DNA from: a virus
IMG/VR virus record: IMGVR_UViG_3300021375_002698
Reading direction: 5' to 3' (one strand)
DNA length: 64,000 bases
Part shown: positions 29,501 to 38,204 of the stretch, one piece after another
Layout of the letters: every line of letters begins with the position of its first letter
Numbering within the stretch: position 1 is the first letter of the stretch
Translations under genes and position numbers: made by a program
Notes under the pieces: generated by a model
The model's input: only the letters and a program-made list of their open reading frames with translations
What the model was told of the DNA's origin: nothing
Databases searched by the model: none

Positions 29501-29776
29501 ATGGATCATTTCAGTTTATATGGCAAAGATCAAATTGGGATTTGTAAAGATCATGAGCGTATATTAGAATTCGCTGATTGTATTTTATTATACGGCTACG
29601 CAATAAAAAGTGAGAATATAATTAAAGATATGAATAAATTTATTGACAATTGTTTAACAAAGCTACTAAGCGATAACTTAAACGATGGATGTCTTGTGTT
29701 AGACACTAAACGTGATTATGGAATGTTTAAAAACAAAATACAATTAAATAAAATATTGTTAGAGAGTGTTGTTTAA
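29501..29776 (+). CDS. Hypothetical protein
   Basis: ORF with AAGGG RBS. Confidence 0.65.
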   Translation: MDHFSLYGKDQIGICKDHERILEFADCILLYGYAIKSENIIKDMNKFIDNCLTKLLSDNLNDGCLVLDTKRDYGMFKNKIQLNKILLESVV

Positions 29777-30020
29777 AATAACGTAGTATCAAGCTTATAC
29801 AATAAATGACTTGATGTAACATCGCTTAGAGTCGTCAACGTGTAAATTGTTAAGTTAATTTTGTATAATATAAATTGCATATTATCAGCAATAGAATTTT
29901 TTACTATTACTTTTATTATTTGAATTGTAGATAATGTGAGCAATAAATTTTGTGTAAAATTTAATTTTTAATTGATATAATCATCATGTAATAAATAATA
30001 AAGATGGAAGGATTTAAAAT

Positions 30021-30296
30021 ATGGCTTCAATACGTACAACAAACATCGGAGATATTTTAACCATTAAAAAGATTGCTCAATACAATAAGATCTTAACAAA
30101 TCACAGCGATCATCCTGAATGTGTTTATCCTAAAGTTACAGATGTTAATAGAATTTTAACAGTAGGTTCAAATTTAACTGTCATAGCTAAGGGAAAGTGT
30201 GAAACAAAGTGGGCAGAATCATACGTTACTGTTAAAGATCACAATAACAATTCTTTCGATATCTTATCCAGCGATTTGCGAAGATTCTGCAAGTAA
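30021..30296 (+). CDS. Hypothetical protein
   Basis: Own promoter and RBS. Confidence 0.75.
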   Translation: MASIRTTNIGDILTIKKIAQYNKILTNHSDHPECVYPKVTDVNRILTVGSNLTVIAKGKCETKWAESYVTVKDHNNNSFDILSSDLRRFCK

Positions 30297-30417
30297 CTCT
30301 CATTGTGTAAAATTTAATTTTTGGTTGATATAATCACCATGTAATTAATAATAAATTATTTAAAAATAATATTAATTATATAAATCTTTAAAATCTATAA
30401 ATCTGAAAGGATTTAAT

Positions 30418-30627
30418 ATGAAATTTGAATTTACTTATAACTCTATTAATCATATTTTATATAATCATCATCCTAATCTATGTTCATGGATGTCTTTAGG
30501 ATGGGATAAAAAAATTGCTACTGTACAATACAAACTGAAAGATAATACTGTTGAGGATGTCACAATCGATCGTCAAGCCAATGTAACTGCATCAGAAAAG
30601 TTAATGGTTGAGATAAATGAAAGATAA
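30418..30627 (+). CDS. Hypothetical protein, paralog of 27719-27928
   Basis: Full-length alignment with 27719-27928. Confidence 0.8.
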   Translation: MKFEFTYNSINHILYNHHPNLCSWMSLGWDKKIATVQYKLKDNTVEDVTIDRQANVTASEKLMVEINER

Positions 30628-30706
30628 TAACTTTTAAAGTGTAAAATTTAATTTTTGGTTGATATAATCATCATGTAATTAATAATAAATCTGAAAGGAT
30701 TTAAAA

Positions 30707-31459
30707 ATGGATAATTTAAATAATAAAGATTCTAACTCTAACTCTAACATCCACGAGGTTCTTATGAGCAACGAAACTCAAATCATCGAATTATTTCAGT
30801 CTTTTCTTTCTAACGGAGGCTCTCCTAAAGTTACAAGCTTTAAAAAGCATCTTGATTCACTCATTAATTCAAACATTAAACCTCTTTGCGTTCGTTCTGG
30901 AAAAGCACCAGACGGAGATGATTGGAGATCGGTGCTCAAAGCTTTATTCGGAGGTCGAGGTAAAAAATGGGTTCAAGTCTCTATAGATAACATCATTCCA
31001 ACTCTTGATCAATTTGACGCTGAATATTATGACACTTTAAAATACAGAGAGTTTATTAAAACTGCAGGATTCGCTTGGATTCGTTTCGCCGGTCCTAGAA
31101 TGGATATGAATATCCAATCAGCTGCTTTCGAAGTTAGAACTAACGGATCTAAAATTGATCACCCTAAACAACTCCATTATATCCCAGTAGATAAAATTGA
31201 AGAGCTCACTGTTACTTTAAACGGAACTCCTCATTCACTAAAACTAGAATCAAACAACACTGAAGTTGAAACTGAAACTGAAACTGAAGTTGTAACTGAA
31301 ACTGAAGTTGTAACTGAAGTTGAAACTGAAACTGAAACTGAAACTGAAACTGAAACTGAAGTTGAAACTGAAACTGAAGCTGATTCAGAATACACAATAG
31401 AAATGTTAGATGAAGACTTCTCAGACTTATATACAGATGAAGAGCTATTTAACGTATAG
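30707..31459 (+). CDS. Novel 'GRG/AWxRF/GSKxDH' family protein, copy 2, ET-repeat acidic tail
   Basis: LFGGRGKKW, FAWIRF, RTNGSKIDHPKQL, GTPHSLKLE. Confidence 0.85.
   Translation: MDNLNNKDSNSNSNIHEVLMSNETQIIELFQSFLSNGGSPKVTSFKKHLDSLINSNIKPLCVRSGKAPDGDDWRSVLKALFGGRGKKWVQVSIDNIIPTLDQFDAEYYDTLKYREFIKTAGFAWIRFAGPRMDMNIQSAAFEVRTNGSKIDHPKQLHYIPVDKIEELTVTLNGTPHSLKLESNNTEVETETETEVVTETEVVTEVETETETETETETEVETETEADSEYTIEMLDEDFSDLYTDEELFNV
31259..31381. repeat. Hexamer (GAAACT/GAAGTT) microsatellite encoding Glu-Thr repeats
   Basis: Direct reading of the sequence. Confidence 0.9.
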
Positions 31460-31592
31460 AATGACGTTATCATGCATTTCTTGATTAATATCATTGTTTA
31501 AAAGATATCAGGTAATGATATTAAATGTGTAAATTAAAATGACTACTTATTATAATAACAATGTAAATCAAATTAAAAAAGGATTTTTCTTA

Positions 31593-31799
31593 ATGTTTTA
31601 TTCTCATCTACAATCATTTGCGATTGGAATTATCATCGCTTCTATAACATTTGTAATGTTTCTTCATCACAAAGAAAGCGAGGCGCAAATTAAAAAGACA
31701 AATGAAATGATTAAATATACTAAAGACGTGTGTATAAATCAAAGACCCAAGAATACAGAAACAAAACTTTGCGAGTTCTTAAAAAAGAAGTATTTATAA
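31593..31799 (+). CDS. Small membrane-anchored protein
   Basis: Start moved to MFYSHL after AAAGG; one TM helix. Confidence 0.65.
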   Translation: MFYSHLQSFAIGIIIASITFVMFLHHKESEAQIKKTNEMIKYTKDVCINQRPKNTETKLCEFLKKKYL

Positions 31800-31864
31800 G
31801 TGTAAATACAATCTTAATTTAATATAATTCATATAACAGCTAATTTAATAAAGGCATAAAATTT

Positions 31865-32269
31865 ATGTTTAATACAAAACAATTCACTGATGTTACTTCT
31901 GACAAACAACGACGAAGTGGAACAACATGTTACAGAGATAATAAAAATCCAGGCGTATTCTATACTTCACATTCAAGCGGTTATGTTCGTAGAGTAATCA
32001 AACTGAAGTCTGAACGTATTAACAATTTAACAAATGAAAAGAAGACTAAAGAAATTCATACAAAATATCATATCAATCCATCGACTGTGAGCACTCATGA
32101 AAGTAACGACAATAAAAAATCAATCAGCATTATGCTTCCAACAGAAAACATGCGTTTAAATCGAATTCAAACGCAAGCTGATAAGTTTAATAAAAAACGA
32201 TTTGTTGCTAATTCGTCATGCGTTGTAATTAGAGATGACGAAATTATTATTACAACAATTGACGTATAA
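31865..32269 (+). CDS. Basic hypothetical protein, paralog of 28564-28983
   Basis: GYVRRVIK motif. Confidence 0.75.
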   Translation: MFNTKQFTDVTSDKQRRSGTTCYRDNKNPGVFYTSHSSGYVRRVIKLKSERINNLTNEKKTKEIHTKYHINPSTVSTHESNDNKKSISIMLPTENMRLNRIQTQADKFNKKRFVANSSCVVIRDDEIIITTIDV

Positions 32270-32316
32270 AGGTTAAACTTGTACTTGATATTTGTTACAA
32301 TACAAATATTAAATAT

Positions 32317-32389
32317 GGGCAGTTAGCCAAGCGGTTAAGGCTCCGGTCTCATAAACCGGCGATCCTCGGTTCAAATCCGAGACTGCCCA
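32317..32389 (+). tRNA. tRNA with CAT anticodon (elongator Met or Ile2); no encoded CCA
   Basis: Acceptor GGGCAGT/ACTGCCC; anticodon arm CCGGT-CTCATAA-ACCGG; T arm CTCGG-TTCAAAT-CCGAG. Confidence 0.92.
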
Positions 32390-32444
32390 CTTATTTATCT
32401 AGTCTTTTAGATGAATAAATTAAATATCTTATGAAAGGTTCATT

Positions 32445-32684
32445 ATGAATAAAGAAATTTTTAATACATATAAATCTCTAATAGTTTCAAATACTGTTGA
32501 TGCTATTAGAGAATCTAAAAATACAAACAAATGTTTAACTGAAGTATTATGCTCAAATCATAATAAAAGTACTGATGTTTACAATCAGTTAAATAAACAA
32601 ATGGTTTCATCAAGCAATCCTAACTATCCTTCTAAATCTGGCAATCCTAGCGGTCCAGGCAGAGGTAATTCTCCTAAGAAGTAA
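32445..32684 (+). CDS. Hypothetical protein inside the tRNA cluster
   Basis: GAAAGG RBS; C-terminus NYPSKSGNPSGPGRGNSPKK. Confidence 0.7.
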   Translation: MNKEIFNTYKSLIVSNTVDAIRESKNTNKCLTEVLCSNHNKSTDVYNQLNKQMVSSSNPNYPSKSGNPSGPGRGNSPKK

Positions 32685-32739
32685 AACATAAACAAGGTAA
32701 ATTCTTATCTACAACCTTCAATAAAATGTAGATACACAT

Positions 32740-32811
32740 GCACTCGTAGCTCAGTGGAAGAGCAGTGGCCTTCTAAGCCATTGGTCGTAGGTTCAAATCC
32801 TACCGGGTGTA
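32740..32811 (+). tRNA. tRNA-Arg(TCT); no encoded CCA
   Basis: GCACTCG/CGGGTGT; GTGGC-CTTCTAA-GCCAT; GTAGG-TTCAAAT-CCTAC. Confidence 0.95.
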
Positions 32812-32908
32812 CTAAGTTTCATATAACTTTTATTTCTATACAAAAATATAAAATAAATTAATAGCTGATGGTGGTACATTAAACTATTACTTATATGAAA
32901 CTCCTTAA

Positions 32909-32981
32909 GGATTGTTAGCTCAATCGGTAGAGCAGTGGACTTTTAATCCATTGGTTCTGGGTTCGAGTCCCAGACGATCCA
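32909..32981 (+). tRNA. tRNA-Lys(TTT); no encoded CCA
   Basis: GGATTGT/ACGATCC; GTGGA-CTTTTAA-TCCAT; CTGGG-TTCGAGT-CCCAG. Confidence 0.95.
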
Positions 32982-33019
32982 ATCATATAAGTCATCTTAA
33001 CTAAAAAAAGGAAATCTTT

Positions 33020-33304
33020 ATGAAAGATATCAATTTACCTGATAATATCTCACTTATCAACAAAACAATAAATTGCTTCAATCATCAATACCCAAACTTC
33101 GATGCGCTTGATGTTGATGATTTCTTCTCAAATGACTATAAACAATATCACTATCAGGCTTTCATCTCTGATAACGGAAACGTCACACTTGAATTCCCAA
33201 TAACTGCAGACTCAAACCCAGCTTCTATAGTCATATCAAAAGAATCAAAAACAATCAAAACTAATCACTCTTTCAAAAAAGAACTAGAAAGAGTAAATAG
33301 ATAA
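33020..33304 (+). CDS. Hypothetical protein
   Basis: AAGG RBS. Confidence 0.7.
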   Translation: MKDINLPDNISLINKTINCFNHQYPNFDALDVDDFFSNDYKQYHYQAFISDNGNVTLEFPITADSNPASIVISKESKTIKTNHSFKKELERVNR

Positions 33305-33754
33305 CGAATCACTTATTTTTTAGTCTCTCACCCCCTGCAAAACTAGATAAAATACAGCGCTACTCAAAACAGAACTGCCCTCAAAATAATTCACGCTCCA
33401 CAAACTTCTACTACCCTTCGTATCGTCAAACACTTCTCACGTAATTCTGTGCTGCCCTATCTAATTTAACACTATCACTTCCAACACATATAACACTCTA
33501 TCTACTTTCACATAGATCTAGTCGCAAAGAATAAAATGATAACAATAATATCCACTATAAATAACACAATTTTCTACTCTACATTCATTCTTGTAGGTAA
33601 CTCATTCCTCTATAACGAATACAATCAACTTCATCTATCAGTACTAATCATAACATCAGTTATAGACGCAACTATAGACTAATCCACTACGTGTAATTTT
33701 AATAACTATATTGTTATAATAACAATGTAAATACCCAATATAAAAGGATAAATT

Positions 33755-33982
33755 ATGGAAAATTACTTGATTTATGTTTACAATATCTGCTGGCCTTCAA
33801 CAGATAAACACGCTTTCTACAACTGCAAAAACATTCCCACTCACTCTTATGTGAAAATACCAAAAGATACTTTCTCTAACGACACAGAACGAAATGTCTT
33901 CATTGACTTCATTCTTCTTAATAACACGGGAATAAAACCCCTCACATACACATACTCTCTTGAATATGTCTGCCACCTCTAA
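33755..33982 (+). CDS. Hypothetical protein
   Basis: Own promoter (33691) and RBS. Confidence 0.7.
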   Translation: MENYLIYVYNICWPSTDKHAFYNCKNIPTHSYVKIPKDTFSNDTERNVFIDFILLNNTGIKPLTYTYSLEYVCHL

Positions 33983-34000
33983 ACAGAAAGGTTTTCAATC

Positions 34001-34231
34001 ATGAATCCAATTATCAAAGTCAAAGGTACTGACGGTACTCTATACACTGTCTTCACTTCTCACATTATCTTCTACGAAAGCGTTTCAAAACCTTACTATG
34101 ATTCCGAAGAACACACATGGCGAGATTCCGAAGAAGGGTCAATCATACACCTATCTAATAACTTCAACCCTATCAAAGTTACTCAAACTAAAGATGAATT
34201 AGATAAACAAATCAACACTTTAATAGAATAA
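34001..34231 (+). CDS. Hypothetical protein
   Basis: GAAAGG RBS. Confidence 0.7.
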   Translation: MNPIIKVKGTDGTLYTVFTSHIIFYESVSKPYYDSEEHTWRDSEEGSIIHLSNNFNPIKVTQTKDELDKQINTLIE

Positions 34232-34665
34232 AAAACAATAAACAGCTACACTCAGCATCAAAACGTTTCGCGCGCCTTGTCCTGTGTTGTAGTTTGAGAT
34301 ATACATCTGTGTATCTGGTTTAGCGTCTGTAAGTGTTTTGATAAGAGTATGATAAAACATATTGTATTGTTTTTAGAGTGTATCTGAGTTTAAGTTGTAC
34401 CATTTGTTATTTATGATGTAGTATTATTTGCAGGAGTTAGTGAGTGATATGTGTTATAAGTGTTTGTTATATTGGTTGAGTGTATTTGGAGTATATTTTG
34501 TATTGTATATGTTATTGGAGATATTATATAGTTGAGATTTATTTTTAGTTTCTTTTGAAGGGTTTAAAGATGAATAATATTAGTGTGTAATATATTGTTT
34601 ATGTATATTATAATATAGTTGTGGGGAAGGAAATAATAATTTTAACTGCTTTTGAAAGGTTTGAT

Positions 34666-34998
34666 ATGAAGATTATAGTTGCTTGGAAATTTGGATTGAG
34701 AGATCGTGCTGCTAATGGCGAGTTAAAGAATCATTATATTTCTAATGTTCATGAATATGATGATTTAGATTCTGACGAGAAAGAGATGTTACATGATGCA
34801 TATGCAAAAGCTATTGGAGTTCCTGTTACTATTGACTTGAAAGAGTTATTTAATCATCTTGCTACTTTTGAGTTAGAACATTTGTCTAATTACAGTATAC
34901 ATGATGCTTTGCATTTGAAGTACTGTTGGGAAGTTGATGGTTTTTTAAAGTTAGATGAAGACGAAGACTATGGAGACAGGTGGAATAAATTAAATTGA
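34666..34998 (+). CDS. Hypothetical protein (start corrected)
   Basis: ATG after the conserved leader element. Confidence 0.75.
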   Translation: MKIIVAWKFGLRDRAANGELKNHYISNVHEYDDLDSDEKEMLHDAYAKAIGVPVTIDLKELFNHLATFELEHLSNYSIHDALHLKYCWEVDGFLKLDEDEDYGDRWNKLN

Positions 34999-35059
34999 TT
35001 GAGAGAATATAAGTGTTGGAAGGAAATAATATTTTTAACTGCTTTTGAAAGGTTTTATT

Positions 35060-35242
35060 ATGGTTGACAATAATGAAGAGAATAGAGTTAAGTTAGCTGA
35101 CAAGGTATTTGAGAATATGGATAAAGATGAGATTAGATTATTAGCTTATAAGAGTTTATTGAAGATTTATATTCATAGTCCTGTTGTTTTTGAGCATGAT
35201 TGGAATCAAGAGTTTTCTGATGTTATTGATTTAAGTGAGTAG
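35060..35242 (+). CDS. Hypothetical protein (start corrected)
   Basis: ATG after the leader element. Confidence 0.7.
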   Translation: MVDNNEENRVKLADKVFENMDKDEIRLLAYKSLLKIYIHSPVVFEHDWNQEFSDVIDLSE

Positions 35243-35276
35243 ATTTTATTTTTAACTGCTTTTGAAAGGTTTAAAC

Positions 35277-35630
35277 ATGAAAATCTTAAATATAACTGGA
35301 TATAGTTTTAGTAATCCTGACCGGGTTTTTTATAATGGTGTTAGTGAAGCTGAAATGTTGAATAAGTTAGGCTTAGTAGACGGTAGAACTCTTGAGAATA
35401 GTTTGATTAGTCATTTAACTGACTGGGTTAATTACAAGAAGATTTTAGATAGTTTTAAAGAAGAGGGTTTTACTCATATTACAAATGATGATGATTCTGT
35501 GAATATTATTCATGGTAATAGAGAAGCTTTGCTTGAAGATCCTATAGATAATGAGATTCAGCGTGCGAGCAAGGGAATAGAACATGTATTATCTCTAGGC
35601 AGAATTGATTCTACACAATTAGACTTTTGA
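35277..35630 (+). CDS. Hypothetical protein (start corrected)
   Basis: ATG after the leader element. Confidence 0.75.
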   Translation: MKILNITGYSFSNPDRVFYNGVSEAEMLNKLGLVDGRTLENSLISHLTDWVNYKKILDSFKEEGFTHITNDDDSVNIIHGNREALLEDPIDNEIQRASKGIEHVLSLGRIDSTQLDF

Positions 35631-35659
35631 TTTTTTTAACTACTTTTGAAAGGTTTAAC

Positions 35660-36723
35660 ATGAAATACTTTTTTTTTTACTTTCTTCGAGTGCTTTTTGT
35701 AAAGAAAAGATAACATCACATATACAAGCAAATGAGTTTTCTATAGTTGAGCAAATTGTTATAAGAGATAATTTTAATTTATCTCTTCATAAGCTGTTTG
35801 GTATGAAGTATAAGATTTTAACTAGTGAAACAGTATATGAAGAGATAAAAAAGTCAAATTTAAAAATTGAATATGATCAGCAAGAATGTAATTTAAGTTT
35901 AGCAAAAAAACTAAAAGCAAAGTTTTCTTTTATTATTAAAGTTAGAAAAGCAAACAAAAAATATTATACTGTAATAGAGCTTTACAGAATAAAAGATAAT
36001 GTTTTAATAGACGGATTTAAAGAAAGTTTTACAGCAAGTAAGAAAAATAGAATGAAGCGCCTTAGTAATGTAATAGAAAAAAATATTTTTAAGTTTAAGT
36101 CTAAACTTCTACAAGTTAAATTTTTAGTTAACAAAAAGATTAGTAACAAAAAGATTAGTAACAAAAAGATTAGTAACAAAAAGATTAGTAGCAAAAAGAT
36201 TAGTAGCAAAAAGATTAGCAGACTACGAACTACATTGAGTGACTTAAAAAAGTATTATCTAGGAAATAGTAGTAAAGATTATAGTAAAAGTTTAAAAAAA
36301 GAGTATTCTGATGTTTTATTTGAAAATAACGTTATATACTCTTTGCTTATAGTCGCAGGAATTACTTTTACTATTAGCGGTTTAGTTTTATTAAAAAAAG
36401 CTAAAGAAGATATAAGCAGCAATCAAGAAGTTAATTCTATTATTTATCGTAATGGTGAAAAGAAAAAAGTTGTTAGTAGTGTTTTTTTATTTACTGGGTT
36501 AATAACAATTATTACTAGCGTAGCATTTTCTTTGGAGTGTAATAATTTTATAAAAAATGTTTATGAGAACAAATATTTTTTAAATGAAAATAAAACAAAA
36601 ACTTGCTTATATAATTCAAATAAAATGAACAGAAAGCTTAATGTTAGTGTTAAAGACAGTATTAGATTTAATTTAAAAGCAAATCGAAAAAGTCTTCAAG
36701 GACTTATTACTTTTAAGTTCTAA
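35660..36723 (+). pseudogene. Secreted/membrane protein frameshifted at a T10 tract (phase-variable or sequencing error)
   Basis: ATG 35660 after the leader stops after 17 codons; the 35803 frame is open back to T10 at 35669-35678 and reads LLSSSAFCKEK. Confidence 0.65.
36130..36219. repeat. 15-bp tandem repeat x6 (KKIS[N/S])
   Basis: AACAAAAAGATTAGT x4, then AGCAAAAAGATTAG(T/C) x2. Confidence 0.95.
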
Positions 36724-36847
36724 TAGCTTTAGAGCTTCAAAGAGAAAGTTGGTAATTCACGTGTAAATAATTTATAATATATTGTATAATATAAGTGTGG
36801 AGAAGGAAATAATAATTTTATTTTTAACAGCTTTTGAAAGGCTTAAT

Positions 36848-37108
36848 ATGAGATATGAAAATGAAACAGGCAATAGAGCTTTGGGCATGTATGTTAATTC
36901 AGAACATGTAGATGTGTCTAAAGAACTTTTGATTGACATAATTCAGCAAATTGTAAAGAACTGTTATAATGATGGCTTTGATGAAATATGTTCTGATGAT
37001 CATGCTGTAGTAGGAATGATTAAATTATTTATGGATGTTGCTGATGAAACAGGATATCATAGATTACAAAGCGACTTGCAAAAGTTGTATACACATTATG
37101 ACATATGA
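36848..37108 (+). CDS. Hypothetical protein, recent duplicate of 41696-41974
   Basis: GNRALGMYVNSEHVDVSKEL identical in both copies. Confidence 0.85.
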   Translation: MRYENETGNRALGMYVNSEHVDVSKELLIDIIQQIVKNCYNDGFDEICSDDHAVVGMIKLFMDVADETGYHRLQSDLQKLYTHYDI

Positions 37109-37557
37109 GGGTCAACATTATGAGAAAGCATATTGCATTTTTAGTTTTTGCACCGTATGGTGATTCTTCTAGTCAAGTTAATGAAGAAAAGAATAAGAAG
37201 TTGATGATAGAGCTTAAAGAAGGTTATTATAACAATCCTAGGCTTTTTGGTCCTGGGCTTAGTCATAGCGTAAGATTAGATAGATTGATATCGTTAGTTA
37301 GAGATAAGAATGGAGAAGACGTTTTAAATACACATACGTTTTGGTATGCGAATACGTTGAAGGATAATTATGAGAAGAGTGGAGTAGTACCTTGGGATGA
37401 TGTTTGTGAATGTATTTATCACCCTAGCAAGAGTGAAGATCAAGAAAGAGTAGAGATGTCTGATGAAGATTTTGATAACATGTGGAGAAACGAAATAGCT
37501 ATGGAAACTGGGATGTTATATGGAATAGATGCGTATAACGACATAAGAGGATATTGA
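37105..37557 (+). CDS. Hypothetical protein
   Basis: ATGA overlap; C-terminus AMETGMLYGIDAYND.RGY. Confidence 0.7.
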   Translation: MRVNIMRKHIAFLVFAPYGDSSSQVNEEKNKKLMIELKEGYYNNPRLFGPGLSHSVRLDRLISLVRDKNGEDVLNTHTFWYANTLKDNYEKSGVVPWDDVCECIYHPSKSEDQERVEMSDEDFDNMWRNEIAMETGMLYGIDAYNDIRGY

Positions 37558-37592
37558 TATTTTATCTTTAACAGCTTTTGAAAGGTTTTGAT

Positions 37593-38168
37593 ATGACGTT
37601 GGTAGAAAAAACTAACAATATTAGTTTATTAATTGAGGAAAGTAAAAAGTTAGTATTAGGAAAATGTAGTGCGGGAGTATTTGTAAGATATAATAATACA
37701 GGTACTTTCTTAGAAAAATATAAAGAAAAGATTGGTAAAGCAATTCACCTTGAATGGCATGTAGGAAGTAATAAACCTCATAAAGATTCTGAAAAGTGTG
37801 TAACTTGCTGTTTTCATGTTGAAGAACGGGTGTCTCAAATTAATTGGGAACGAATAGTATACTCTGATCTTTTTAAAAAGTTCGAAGAGTTAGTGCTTCA
37901 TGACATAGAGTTATTTGATAAAGACTTAATCTTAATCAAGGAAACACCCAGTACGTTTGATTGCAGAAATCATCTTCGTCATGGAAAAAGTACTAGAGCT
38001 TATTGGATAGGATTTGAGTTTTCAAAAAAAGAAAATTTTGAAAGTAGAATATCTGATGTTGTTTTATATTCGTATGTTTTTAGTAATATTATTAACAATC
38101 ATATCTGGTTAATAAAAGGATTGATTACATCAAACCATAGCTCACTTATACAAAAAAGATTAATTTGA
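37593..38168 (+). CDS. Hypothetical protein (start corrected)
   Basis: ATG after the leader element. Confidence 0.7.
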   Translation: MTLVEKTNNISLLIEESKKLVLGKCSAGVFVRYNNTGTFLEKYKEKIGKAIHLEWHVGSNKPHKDSEKCVTCCFHVEERVSQINWERIVYSDLFKKFEELVLHDIELFDKDLILIKETPSTFDCRNHLRHGKSTRAYWIGFEFSKKENFESRISDVVLYSYVFSNIINNHIWLIKGLITSNHSSLIQKRLI

Positions 38169-38204
38169 TATTTTATCTTTAACTGCTTTTGAAAGGTTTA
38201 AATT

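Noticed and set aside
25653-29840. CRISPR array interpretation of the repeats
   Set aside because: The 28-bp units are contiguous without spacers. The 37-bp elements are separated by whole genes of variable length and are degenerate. No cas genes are present.
32813-32903. Hammerhead ribozyme (CTGATG...GAAAC) between tRNAs
   Set aside because: The core reads CTGATGG rather than CUGANGA, stems I and II cannot form in the required register, and GAAAC is fully paired in the closing stem.
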